Part shown: piece by piece, positions 36,200-43,773 of the stretch
Layout of the letters: each line of letters begins with the position of its first letter
How positions within the stretch are numbered: the first letter of the stretch is position 1
Virus record (IMG/VR): IMGVR_UViG_3300032310_000320
Location: 10,432 to 74,431 of that record
Strand: one strand, 5' to 3'
Origin: a virus
Taxonomy: Duplodnaviria; Caudoviricetes
DNA: 64,000 nucleotides
Program-made: the position numbers and the translations under genes
Notes under the pieces: model-generated
The model's input: only the letters and a program-made list of their open reading frames with translations
Database searches by the model: none
What the model was told of the DNA's origin: nothing

Positions 36200-36448
36200 T
36201 TAGTTGTTCAGCATCAAGTGCTGAACTGCTTTAAGAGTTTCAATTAACAAATGGCGCGCGCCATTTGTTAATCGGCCCTCCTCGGTCCATCTAATTTGCC
36301 CGCAGGGCAAATTAGACTTGGCCGCTGAAGCAGCGGCCTTGAACAATTTCTGTTCTGAGGGCGTCATTTCAACGCCCTCTATCAGTCCTGTTACTATGTA
36401 TGCCGCCTCAATGGCGGCGTGATCCGAAACTAGAACTTCGCTGTGCAT
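36200..36448 (-). CDS. Hypothetical protein, cassette 8 cargo
   Basis: Start reset to ATG 36448 (MHSEVLV) after GGAGG. Confidence 0.7.
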   Translation of the reverse strand: MHSEVLVSDHAAIEAAYIVTGLIEGVEMTPSEQKLFKAAASAAKSNLPCGQIRWTEEGRLTNGARHLLIETLKAVQHLMLNN

Positions 36449-36468
36449 TGCGAAACCTCCACTCAAGA

Positions 36469-36505
36469 GCCAGTAGTCCTTACTGGCGCACAGGTAAATA
36501 CCTGT
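36469..36505 (-). other. Cassette 8 leader: two short hairpins, the second with an AGGAC loop
   Basis: ACAGGUA-UU-UACCUGU; GCCAGUA-AGGAC-UACUGGC. Confidence 0.7.
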
Positions 36506-36506
36506 A

Positions 36507-36540
36507 CATGTTATATGACGCATTTTTGCTGCGAATTTAG
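36507..36540 (-). promoter_or_regulatory. Cassette promoter-like box P8
   Basis: CTAAATtcgcagcaaaaatGCGTCATATAACATG; its TAA is the stop of the 36537 ORF. Confidence 0.8.
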
Positions 36541-36749
36541 CTGCGTGGTTTGTAGGGTGTCCAGTCTTCTGCGACTGTGCACCAACGCCGAGCATCCTTC
36601 TTAGCCATAATTACATTCGTGACTTTGCAATAATTCACGGCGCCACACTTACAGGCATCATCGAACATGCTGTAGAGATGCAATGATTCAGGCGTAGGAT
36701 CATCAGGTGCGATTACAACTTTCTTGCACACAGAACATTGAACCACCAT
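36537..36749 (-). CDS. Small Cys-rich (Zn-ribbon-like) protein
   Basis: CSVC and CKC..C; CAGGAG RBS. Confidence 0.65.
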   Translation of the reverse strand: MVVQCSVCKKVVIAPDDPTPESLHLYSMFDDACKCGAVNYCKVTNVIMAKKDARRWCTVAEDWTPYKPRS

Positions 36750-36773
36750 GACGATCTCCTGTGATTACACGCA

Positions 36774-36801
36774 ATGGTAGTTTATTAAAACACCTGTGCA
36801 A
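36774..36801 (-). promoter_or_regulatory. sigma70-like promoter
   Basis: TTGCAC-N16-TACCAT; the -35 starts right after TAACTA of T9. Confidence 0.4.
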
Positions 36802-36847
36802 TAGTTAAAAAAAAGATCCCGTCCAAGCCCGAAGGCAAGGACGGGAC
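36800..36847 (-). terminator. Cassette terminator T9 (T2 family with compensated stem)
   Basis: CCCGTCC/GGACGGG replaces CCCACCC/GGGTGGG; same UU-GCC-UUCG-GGC-UU core; U8+AACTATT. Confidence 0.88.
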
Positions 36848-36855
36848 CTAATCGC

Positions 36856-37914
36856 TTAGGACGCAAGGATGTTGCGTTCAAAAGCAAGGTCGATCACTAA
36901 TCCTCCGGGATACCGGAGGAATGGAGTATCCCACCCCTCCGTAATTACGGGAGGCGTGAGAACAAATGTGTCCGCCTCCTCCAAGTAATTATCCTGCACG
37001 AGGCTTGTCACCTCATAGCAGTGCCCGTTGGAACTAGGAAGTTCCAACAGACCGCGCCCCGCAAGGCGGGTGGGGAACAACATGTCCCCACCCGCAAGCT
37101 GCACGCCTTGAGCGCGCAACCAATCACAAAGGACATCGACGGTATCACCGCCGATGTGGTTAATAATTTCCTGCCACCCTGCGGTGGCACGATTGTTAGT
37201 AACGTCCCAATTGGACAATGGCGGCCGTTGACCGGGCAACAGTCCGAGCGATGCCGCAACGGCGACCTCGCTAATTAAAACCCGGGGGAAATGATTCCCC
37301 TCCCAGACAGCGGCGTTCAAGAACGCCTCTATCAAATCCGCCGGAACCCGGCACATTGGCACGGGTTCCCCCTGCCCTTTTGGTTGATACGGGATAACTT
37401 TACCCTCGAAAGGGTTGATTAAGATTTGCCCCGGGGCAAACTCAATCCCTGCCTCTTTGAGGTCCGACACAAACATGGGACGCAGATCGTCCCATGTTGC
37501 GCGGACCGTTGCCGCAGTGGACATTGCAACGTCCACGGCCACCGCCGCCACGAACTGGCGTGGTGCCAGTTCGTGGTCAAGATTGACGTTTCGCCATCCC
37601 ACCGCATCGGTGGTGGCGTTCATGCCCCCAACGTAGGGGCCGAACGGCAAACAGCGAATAATCGCTGCCGTGGGCCGTGTGCCGGCGTACTGCCGGCCAT
37701 CCAAGAAGGCTGGCGGTGCGTCTTGCACCACCAGCCATTCCCCCGAGGTGACAAAGCACCTCGAGTTGACCATTTCGATGGAATCGGCCATAAGGCCGAT
37801 CCCAACATTGCCTCGGTATTTACCGAGGACAAGGTCATGGTGCCATCCGAAGATGGCCTGCGCGCCCTCGATGGCGCCATCAAGTTTAGAAACCACGGTC
37901 GCATCCATAGCCAT
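36856..37914 (-). CDS. Hypothetical protein, cassette 9 cargo (GC-rich)
   Basis: Start reset to ATG 37914 (MAMDAT) after GGAG. Confidence 0.75.
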   Translation of the reverse strand: MAMDATVVSKLDGAIEGAQAIFGWHHDLVLGKYRGNVGIGLMADSIEMVNSRCFVTSGEWLVVQDAPPAFLDGRQYAGTRPTAAIIRCLPFGPYVGGMNATTDAVGWRNVNLDHELAPRQFVAAVAVDVAMSTAATVRATWDDLRPMFVSDLKEAGIEFAPGQILINPFEGKVIPYQPKGQGEPVPMCRVPADLIEAFLNAAVWEGNHFPRVLISEVAVAASLGLLPGQRPPLSNWDVTNNRATAGWQEIINHIGGDTVDVLCDWLRAQGVQLAGGDMLFPTRLAGRGLLELPSSNGHCYEVTSLVQDNYLEEADTFVLTPPVITEGWDTPFLRYPGGLVIDLAFERNILAS

Positions 37915-37935
37915 CTTAAAGACTCCAAATGCATA

Positions 37936-37972
37936 CGACCGCTGCTCATCCGAAGTGGATAAACAACGGTCG
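37936..37972 (-). other. Cassette 9 5'-leader hairpin (16-bp stem, CC-ACUUC-GG loop)
   Basis: CGACCGUUGUUUAUCC ACUUC GGAUGAGCAGCGGUCG. Confidence 0.85.
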
Positions 37973-37974
37973 AG

Positions 37975-38009
37975 CATGTAATATGACGCGTTTCGGTCTA
38001 TCTATTTAG
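37975..38009 (-). promoter_or_regulatory. Cassette promoter-like box P9 (spacer 1 nt longer)
   Basis: CTAAATagatagaccgaaacGCGTCATATTACATG; its TAA is the stop of the 38006 ORF. Confidence 0.78.
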
Positions 38010-38641
38010 TCGTCGAAATCATCGTCGGTCAAAGGTGGTTTTGGTTGTTGCCGTACTGCCGGTTTCTTATCTTCTTTAAACGTGACGCTAGTAATCATTT
38101 CAATCGGACCAAAGTAATAATCGGCTTGCATCTTAACTGTGTCTCTCAACACTTCGGTATCCACTTCGGTCACAGCCCCGTTCTTGACAACAGGGATTGT
38201 GACCGCCGTAGCTCCGTCAGGCAGATACAAATAACGCTGAGGTCCCTTACTCACCGGCAGAGCAATTCCATACAGAGGAAACACGTAAACATCTTTGCCT
38301 TCAGCCGAACTAAGATACTTAGCCAATGCCACCAGTGTCTTCATGTTCTTGAGCTTGGGTGTCTCGCCATCAGCACACTCAACGATCCAATACCCTACAG
38401 AAGCAAAGTTAGGAACAACATCACCGGGAACCATCTCAGCCGTGGCTTCTTCTTGAATGATGGTTCTGGCAAAATCACTTAGCTTGGCAAAACTGTTCTT
38501 GAAGTGTTGTTCGTCATCGTACGTAACAGATTTCTGTGCCGCAAAGTCTCTAGCAATAAACCCACCATACGGTTCCTGTGCCGCAAGCTTGGCTACGTTT
38601 GTCAAATGCGCCCACCATGCATCCCATTGTGACAGCGCCAT
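38006..38641 (-). CDS. Hypothetical protein
   Basis: 211-aa ORF, coupled to neighbour. Confidence 0.7.
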   Translation of the reverse strand: MALSQWDAWWAHLTNVAKLAAQEPYGGFIARDFAAQKSVTYDDEQHFKNSFAKLSDFARTIIQEEATAEMVPGDVVPNFASVGYWIVECADGETPKLKNMKTLVALAKYLSSAEGKDVYVFPLYGIALPVSKGPQRYLYLPDGATAVTIPVVKNGAVTEVDTEVLRDTVKMQADYYFGPIEMITSVTFKEDKKPAVRQQPKPPLTDDDFDD

Positions 38642-39285
38642 TAGTTACCACTTTCCGCCAAAGGGTTTTTGCCTGCAATGAACGCGTCAAGAAATCGTTG
38701 CATCTCAGGCTCAGGATCTAGACGTATCGGGAAGGGCATAATCTCGTCAGGCTTAAACGCAATGGTGCTGGTGTTGGAAATAATCCCAAACGCTTTTATA
38801 GGGATGACACTATTTACAAGCGTGTGTAAATCCGCAGCCAGAGGATCCAAGATGTTGAAAGCCTGTATTCCGTACTTCGCAACCAATTTGCGTTCGACAC
38901 TCAGCATCGTAATACCGCAGATATGATTCTCTACAGCAGGCCATTGATCCTTGGTGACTGCAAACAACGTGCGATTCCAGTCTGTAACTCCGGGCTTGAC
39001 GGGCAAATGCTGGAACATTGGGGAATAGAACTTATGCTTGTAGAGCTTCAAAGGCTCAAACATGTCTTTCTGCAAATCGATGAAATGTCCATCAACAAAA
39101 GCACCGTGCAAATTAGCCAACGCAGGCGTGAAAAACACAAAGTCACCCGTCATCTCGTAAAGAGATTTTGCCGCACCAATTGGCAAAGGGTGCTTCATGA
39201 ATTTCTCGTTGAAGTCATAGGCTGTGCCTAGACTCACTATGTCTTGCGTCGGTCTATTTGCACGGTCTTGTTGTTGACGTGACAT
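38641..39285 (-). CDS. Hypothetical protein
   Basis: 214-aa ORF, coupled. Confidence 0.7.
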   Translation of the reverse strand: MSRQQQDRANRPTQDIVSLGTAYDFNEKFMKHPLPIGAAKSLYEMTGDFVFFTPALANLHGAFVDGHFIDLQKDMFEPLKLYKHKFYSPMFQHLPVKPGVTDWNRTLFAVTKDQWPAVENHICGITMLSVERKLVAKYGIQAFNILDPLAADLHTLVNSVIPIKAFGIISNTSTIAFKPDEIMPFPIRLDPEPEMQRFLDAFIAGKNPLAESGN

Positions 39286-39286
39286 A

Positions 39287-39991
39287 TTAGTCGTTCAAAA
39301 ACCCTAGTTGTGCAGCCAACTCAGTTATCAGCCAGCTATCGTGTTGTACATTAACGTGGGGCTTTGTCCAATTGCAAATATCCCACTTCTTGGCCGAGTC
39401 TTCAGAACTCCATGGCTTTCGCAGCTTAAGTACAATCGGCCACGACAGCGAGAACTCAGATGGCATCACAGCTTCCGTGATATCTCTGTGATTAGGATTG
39501 TTGTACCAAAGCCTCAAAGGAACCTTAACCTTGCTGTCTGGCAACGTACAATCCAACCCAAGCATCTTCAAGAACAGGCGCGTATCAAACCCAATGAACA
39601 CAACATTAGAATGCGTCGTGTCCAGTATATCCCCAGCAAACGCGTCAGGGTTATTGCGCAAGATCCACGAGGCTGCGGCTTCTGCAACCGTCAAACCATC
39701 TTCAGCATCCCGGTCTTTGCTGGACCACTTACCAATGATCTGCTTCTGCAAGTCCACAAGCATGATCTCATCGAACGTACCCGTGTAAGGTTGATTAGCT
39801 GCATCGGCCTCGAAACTATCCTTGCGTTCCTTAATGTACTTAGCGATCTTGTCGGCGTCCTTGTAGTTAGAGGGCGCCTTGAACTCTGGAGTCATCGAAG
39901 CAATGTTATCGGGATCAACGAGAGTAGTCGTGAACGAAACAATGATCCGCGTAGTCTTGTTACTCATACGTTCCTCAGGTGATGTTGCCAT
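39287..39991 (-). CDS. PolB-exonuclease-like (DNA_pol_B_exo2-type) protein, ExoI motif degenerate
   Basis: APSNYKDADKIAKYI and PYTG..DEI are typical of the family; SFTT where DIET is expected. Confidence 0.55.
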   Translation of the reverse strand: MATSPEERMSNKTTRIIVSFTTTLVDPDNIASMTPEFKAPSNYKDADKIAKYIKERKDSFEADAANQPYTGTFDEIMLVDLQKQIIGKWSSKDRDAEDGLTVAEAAASWILRNNPDAFAGDILDTTHSNVVFIGFDTRLFLKMLGLDCTLPDSKVKVPLRLWYNNPNHRDITEAVMPSEFSLSWPIVLKLRKPWSSEDSAKKWDICNWTKPHVNVQHDSWLITELAAQLGFLND

Positions 39992-40871
39992 TGTCGTCTA
40001 CCCGGCGCAACTGGCTGAATACGCGCAGTTGCTCATACTCGGGTCCGGTAATATCTGAATCCGTCGTCGGCACCGCTCCAAGCAATGCCGAACCTAGCTG
40101 TTGACACATACGCCAAATAACCTTGTGCGCGTTACCAGCCGTAGCGCCGACAGGTTGACCCACGAATAACTCAGGGTGGGCCAACGCCAAATCATCAACA
40201 ATAACCAAGTCAGGCGGTACATCCATTTGCTTGAGAATGGATATAGACGTGAACTTGCCAAAGGTGCTGGGATTCTTAGCGACATCTTTCCACTGTTCTG
40301 CCGAAAACGAACAGTACATGGCAGACTGCTTATCAGGCTCAGGCTGCATGCCAAAGCGTAGAACTACCATACCAGCTATTTCTGCTGCGGCGGACGTGGC
40401 GTTCAACAAGGCACTGACTTGAGTTGGATCACCCGCCAGCGTCAAAGACCTGTCTCTAGCAAGTGTCATCGTGTCAGATGGGAGCCTGAACCCTAGCGGT
40501 ACAGGTGTCTCCCTTCGGCGTTGTTCCAGTACAAGAAGCTGCTCTTCCTCAATCTTGGAATGTTCAACCATCTTTTCCTGAAGCCACGGAAGCACAGCAC
40601 TATGCAATCCCGTGAACAGTTGCTTTTCCTGAAACGGCTTAGCGGCAGCGTGCATGGCCGACTGCACGATAATGTCACACGACAAGGGATGGTACTCAGC
40701 ATCATCCTTGGGAGTGTCAAGCATCTTCTGCAATTCCGAATACGCTACCACATAGGCTCGGCGCAACGACAGAAGCACATTGAAAATGCGTAAGCCTTCG
40801 GGGTCTTCTAGAAACCTAGACACGTCCTGAGTTGCTTCGACCTGTGCCTTGTCCGCTTCTGTCACTTCCAT
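39975..40871 (-). CDS. Hypothetical protein, possible degenerate RecA/DnaB-fold domain
   Basis: PDLVIVDDL is Walker-B-like; no GKT/S. Confidence 0.5.
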   Translation of the reverse strand: MEVTEADKAQVEATQDVSRFLEDPEGLRIFNVLLSLRRAYVVAYSELQKMLDTPKDDAEYHPLSCDIIVQSAMHAAAKPFQEKQLFTGLHSAVLPWLQEKMVEHSKIEEEQLLVLEQRRRETPVPLGFRLPSDTMTLARDRSLTLAGDPTQVSALLNATSAAAEIAGMVVLRFGMQPEPDKQSAMYCSFSAEQWKDVAKNPSTFGKFTSISILKQMDVPPDLVIVDDLALAHPELFVGQPVGATAGNAHKVIWRMCQQLGSALLGAVPTTDSDITGPEYEQLRVFSQLRRVDDNGNIT

Positions 40872-40880
40872 TACACACTC

Positions 40881-41117
40881 CTAAGAAAAATGCCGGGCCA
40901 GTACGGAACGCTTGCTGCACGAAGGCATCAACAAACGTTTCTTGTAACCATTGCCTACATTAACGCCACGGTAGTAAATCACAGCCTGAATCAACTTACC
41001 AACAAACTTGTACTGCGTCTTGTAGCTACTTTTGCCTTTACCAACTTGTATCAAGAATTCAGTCTCATCGGTGTACGCAATATTCTTGCCGTCAAGCTCA
41101 GATATGTATGTCTGCAT
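40881..41117 (-). CDS. Small hypothetical protein (paralog of 41127..41372)
   Basis: FLIQVGKG...KKRLLMP...VLAR. Confidence 0.7.
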   Translation of the reverse strand: MQTYISELDGKNIAYTDETEFLIQVGKGKSSYKTQYKFVGKLIQAVIYYRGVNVGNGYKKRLLMPSCSKRSVLARHFS

Positions 41118-41126
41118 GGTCGTCCC

Positions 41127-41372
41127 TTAAACGTTGTAAGTACGTGCCAGTATGTGACGCTTGGTTCCGTAAGGCATCACTAATCGTTTTTTATCGCCCT
41201 TCTCAAGTTGAATGCTGTCGTAACATTCAAGAGCCAACTTTAGATTTCCTCTTATCGACTTTGCGACGGAATAGGCATCGCTGCCCGAACCTACTTGCAG
41301 TAAGAACAATGTGGAGCTGTGCCAAATGATCTGTCTTCCCTTGTAAATAATCGATCGTAACTTTGTCATCAC
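41127..41372 (-). CDS. Small hypothetical protein (paralog of 40881..41117)
   Basis: FLLQVGSG...KKRLVMP...ILAR. Confidence 0.7.
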   Translation of the reverse strand: MMTKLRSIIYKGRQIIWHSSTLFLLQVGSGSDAYSVAKSIRGNLKLALECYDSIQLEKGDKKRLVMPYGTKRHILARTYNV

Positions 41373-41935
41373 GCACCATATACCTTTCTGCGTAAATACT
41401 CCGCCAGCAACAAACCCTCCGCGCGATTGTGATCAGCCTTGCGGGTAAGTTTGACGTTGGGGAACATGGCTGCGGCTTTCATGCGGCTGAATTCTTTATC
41501 CTTGCCCTGAAGCCCCATGTTTTTCTTCCATGAAATAGGAGCTACGACTTCGTGGTAATAATCTAGCGCCGTAAAGAACAAAGACCACATGCCAAAACCA
41601 ACACCTACACGAAAACCTGTGTAGGCATTAGCTCCTTTACCTTTGATCTGAACCTGCGCCTCTTCCACACAAACCCTGATCCGTTTACGCAAAGGATTGA
41701 AGGGCTCAAACAATTCAACAATAGCTCTGTGATCAAACAGAGTTTTGGTTTTGGAAGAACCATCTAGTTTCTTGCCAGAACGTTCCGTTTTGTATGTGGG
41801 TATGTCCACCACACACGCAAAGTTGCCACACAGAAATCCAATGGCGCCTTCCGATCCGGGATCAATTCCCACAAAGATGAGTTCTTCGCTGCCAGTGACA
41901 TTTCGCAGAAACTCATCCATGTGTTGACTCACCAT
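41369..41935 (-). CDS. RuvC-like Holliday junction resolvase
   Basis: VGIDPG; VCVEE; P..WKK..GL; DHNRAEGLLLA. Confidence 0.85.
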   Translation of the reverse strand: MVSQHMDEFLRNVTGSEELIFVGIDPGSEGAIGFLCGNFACVVDIPTYKTERSGKKLDGSSKTKTLFDHRAIVELFEPFNPLRKRIRVCVEEAQVQIKGKGANAYTGFRVGVGFGMWSLFFTALDYYHEVVAPISWKKNMGLQGKDKEFSRMKAAAMFPNVKLTRKADHNRAEGLLLAEYLRRKVYGA

Positions 41936-42125
41936 AAGTACTTATAAGTTTCGTCAAGTAATCCTGAGCCTTCTTCAAATCGTCCACACCATTCTTGTCT
42001 CTGTACCGCGCAATGTACTTGATGACATTGCCTTGCAGAAAACCTTGAAACTGATCCTTCGTCATCCACGCTTCCATGGCGTCCCATGGCTGAATTGATT
42101 TGTTGTAATGTTCAGGTGTCGCCAT
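41913..42125 (-). CDS. DUF3310 (SaV-like) protein
   Basis: PEHY...QPWD...FLQGNVIKYIARYRDKNGVDDLKKA. Confidence 0.88.
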   Translation of the reverse strand: MATPEHYNKSIQPWDAMEAWMTKDQFQGFLQGNVIKYIARYRDKNGVDDLKKAQDYLTKLISTYGESTHG

Positions 42126-42339
42126 GGTTATCCTCCGGATCAGCATCAAGGGAATCCCACAACAGCAGGTCGTGGCGATATGGCTTATATAAGTGATGCC
42201 TGTCCCTTTCCCGATGCAGATCAATTGCGCGTCTCAAGCGTTTGACTTCTGCCATCAGCCGCCGCGCAGATACTACTGTGTCTGTCGGCGTGCTGATGGT
42301 CAACATAGCTTCGATGATTCTCAATTCATTTTCAGTCAT
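42112..42339 (-). CDS. Hypothetical protein
   Basis: Overlapping starts and stops with neighbours. Confidence 0.55.
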   Translation of the reverse strand: MTENELRIIEAMLTISTPTDTVVSARRLMAEVKRLRRAIDLHRERDRHHLYKPYRHDLLLWDSLDADPEDNHGDT

Positions 42340-42568
42340 GAGGACACAGCAGGTCGCGCGCCCACTCCTGTACCATCATTTCGCCTTTTACCGTCACCGA
42401 ACAGTTATCGACAATCGCTCCGCGCAATTCTTGAATGGTGTCAATCAACTTGGCAATGGCACAGGCAGAGTGCCGCAAGTGACATTCTTGCCAATGTGTT
42501 GCACCTTCGTTGGATTGCTTGTCCACGAAATTCAATTTCATAAACACCAGATCTGCATCGCTTAACAT
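42332..42568 (-). CDS. Hypothetical protein
   Basis: Coupled small ORF; HxxCH...C. Confidence 0.55.
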   Translation of the reverse strand: MLSDADLVFMKLNFVDKQSNEGATHWQECHLRHSACAIAKLIDTIQELRGAIVDNCSVTVKGEMMVQEWARDLLCPHD

Positions 42569-42717
42569 CCTACAGGCCTTTCACTTACAAGCTTTTCAGC
42601 GTTAAGTCTGCGCACGATTTCACGCAAACGTTTAAGCTCCGCTACCAACTGATCGACTGTTTCAACGGGCAATGGCTTTCCCAACATGTCTTCTAATGCA
42701 GCATCTGTAAAAAGCAT
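42562..42717 (-). CDS. Small 51-aa protein absent from the ORF track
   Basis: GAGGG RBS; MLFTDAALEDMLGKPLPVETVDQLVAELKRLREIV...; fills the gap. Confidence 0.5.
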   Translation of the reverse strand: MLFTDAALEDMLGKPLPVETVDQLVAELKRLREIVRRLNAEKLVSERPVGC

Positions 42718-42718
42718 G

Positions 42719-42949
42719 TCAGTCCCTCACGTGCAAACGTTGGCCGCGTACCATGACGAAGCAACTACCAACATTGCTGATCAGCGTGCAGTACACCCGG
42801 TATTTACGTTTGTCTCCCGCAAAAATCAACATCTTATCGGTGGCAATCTTCCGCCCGTATCCGGAAGGAGATTGTCCGGGGCGCAAACCACCGGGAGACA
42901 CTCTTACCGGTTTTTCAATTAGCGTATAGTTCTCAGCATATGCAATCAT
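42719..42949 (-). CDS. Small conserved-looking phage protein
   Basis: SGYGRKIAT...RKYRVYC...SNVGS pattern. Confidence 0.65.
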   Translation of the reverse strand: MIAYAENYTLIEKPVRVSPGGLRPGQSPSGYGRKIATDKMLIFAGDKRKYRVYCTLISNVGSCFVMVRGQRLHVRD

Positions 42950-43773
42950 TAACTATTCCTCTGGCCTCTGTAACGCGTCAGAGACTCTGGATGAATGACA
43001 GTTGGAGATGCGGCGACAAGCGTCTCTGTCTCCGTCTCTGGCACCAGCAATTGCCGGAATTTCTCCATCAGAATGTGCACACAGAATGCGTCTACACTCG
43101 CATTGTGCATCTGTGATTTGTTGACGTGCTGGTCGAAACCGTATTTAACAAAACAATGTTCGCCCAGATTGGATTTGAGTCCCTTAATTCTGAGCGCATT
43201 CAACCGCATGAAATACGACCTCAGCGTGTCCGTCGGCTTTGGCACCGTGACAGGCGTTGGTCCTAGTCCATTAGCTTTCTCAATTCCGTTTGTGTCGATG
43301 ATGCAATTGTCGTGGAACGTTACTTTGGGAAACTTAAACCTTTGAATGTTGTTAAGAAACATTGGTTCATCAAAGGCGTAGATGTTATGCCCAATGACAG
43401 GCACACCTTTATCTAAAAGCGTGTTAATCATTTGCGCGTAGAACGTAAACACTTCTTCGGGAGGCTTACCTTCCCGTTTCATTCGCTGGAAATCTACATG
43501 AAACTGGACACCCCTTGCAGCCATAGCATTAGAAACATTCTGCAATTTGCCTTCGATAGCATCAGCCAAATCCGATTGATGCTTGGTCCAGTCCACGATC
43601 GTTGTGAGGCGATCGACTACTGTACCGTTGCGCACCAAGCAATGGCCAAACTCCACAATCAAATCGTTCTGAAGATCTAGCCCCGTGGTTTCAACATCAA
43701 TGACGAAGTAATCACGTGGCCAGCCACCGCCATAAAGTTTACGAAACGTAGCTGGCCAGTGATTAACAATCAT
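42949..43773 (-). CDS. DEDDh 3'-5' exonuclease (DnaQ-like)
   Basis: IDVETTG; GHNIYAFD; IDT; HNASVD; start couples to the upstream TGA. Confidence 0.88.
   Translation of the reverse strand: MIVNHWPATFRKLYGGGWPRDYFVIDVETTGLDLQNDLIVEFGHCLVRNGTVVDRLTTIVDWTKHQSDLADAIEGKLQNVSNAMAARGVQFHVDFQRMKREGKPPEEVFTFYAQMINTLLDKGVPVIGHNIYAFDEPMFLNNIQRFKFPKVTFHDNCIIDTNGIEKANGLGPTPVTVPKPTDTLRSYFMRLNALRIKGLKSNLGEHCFVKYGFDQHVNKSQMHNASVDAFCVHILMEKFRQLLVPETETETLVAASPTVIHPESLTRYRGQRNS

Noticed and set aside
41934-41948. ATAAGTACTTATAAG as another late motif
   Set aside because: It lies inside coding sequence at the DUF3310/RuvC overlap and lacks the AAGGA SD fusion; it may be incidental.
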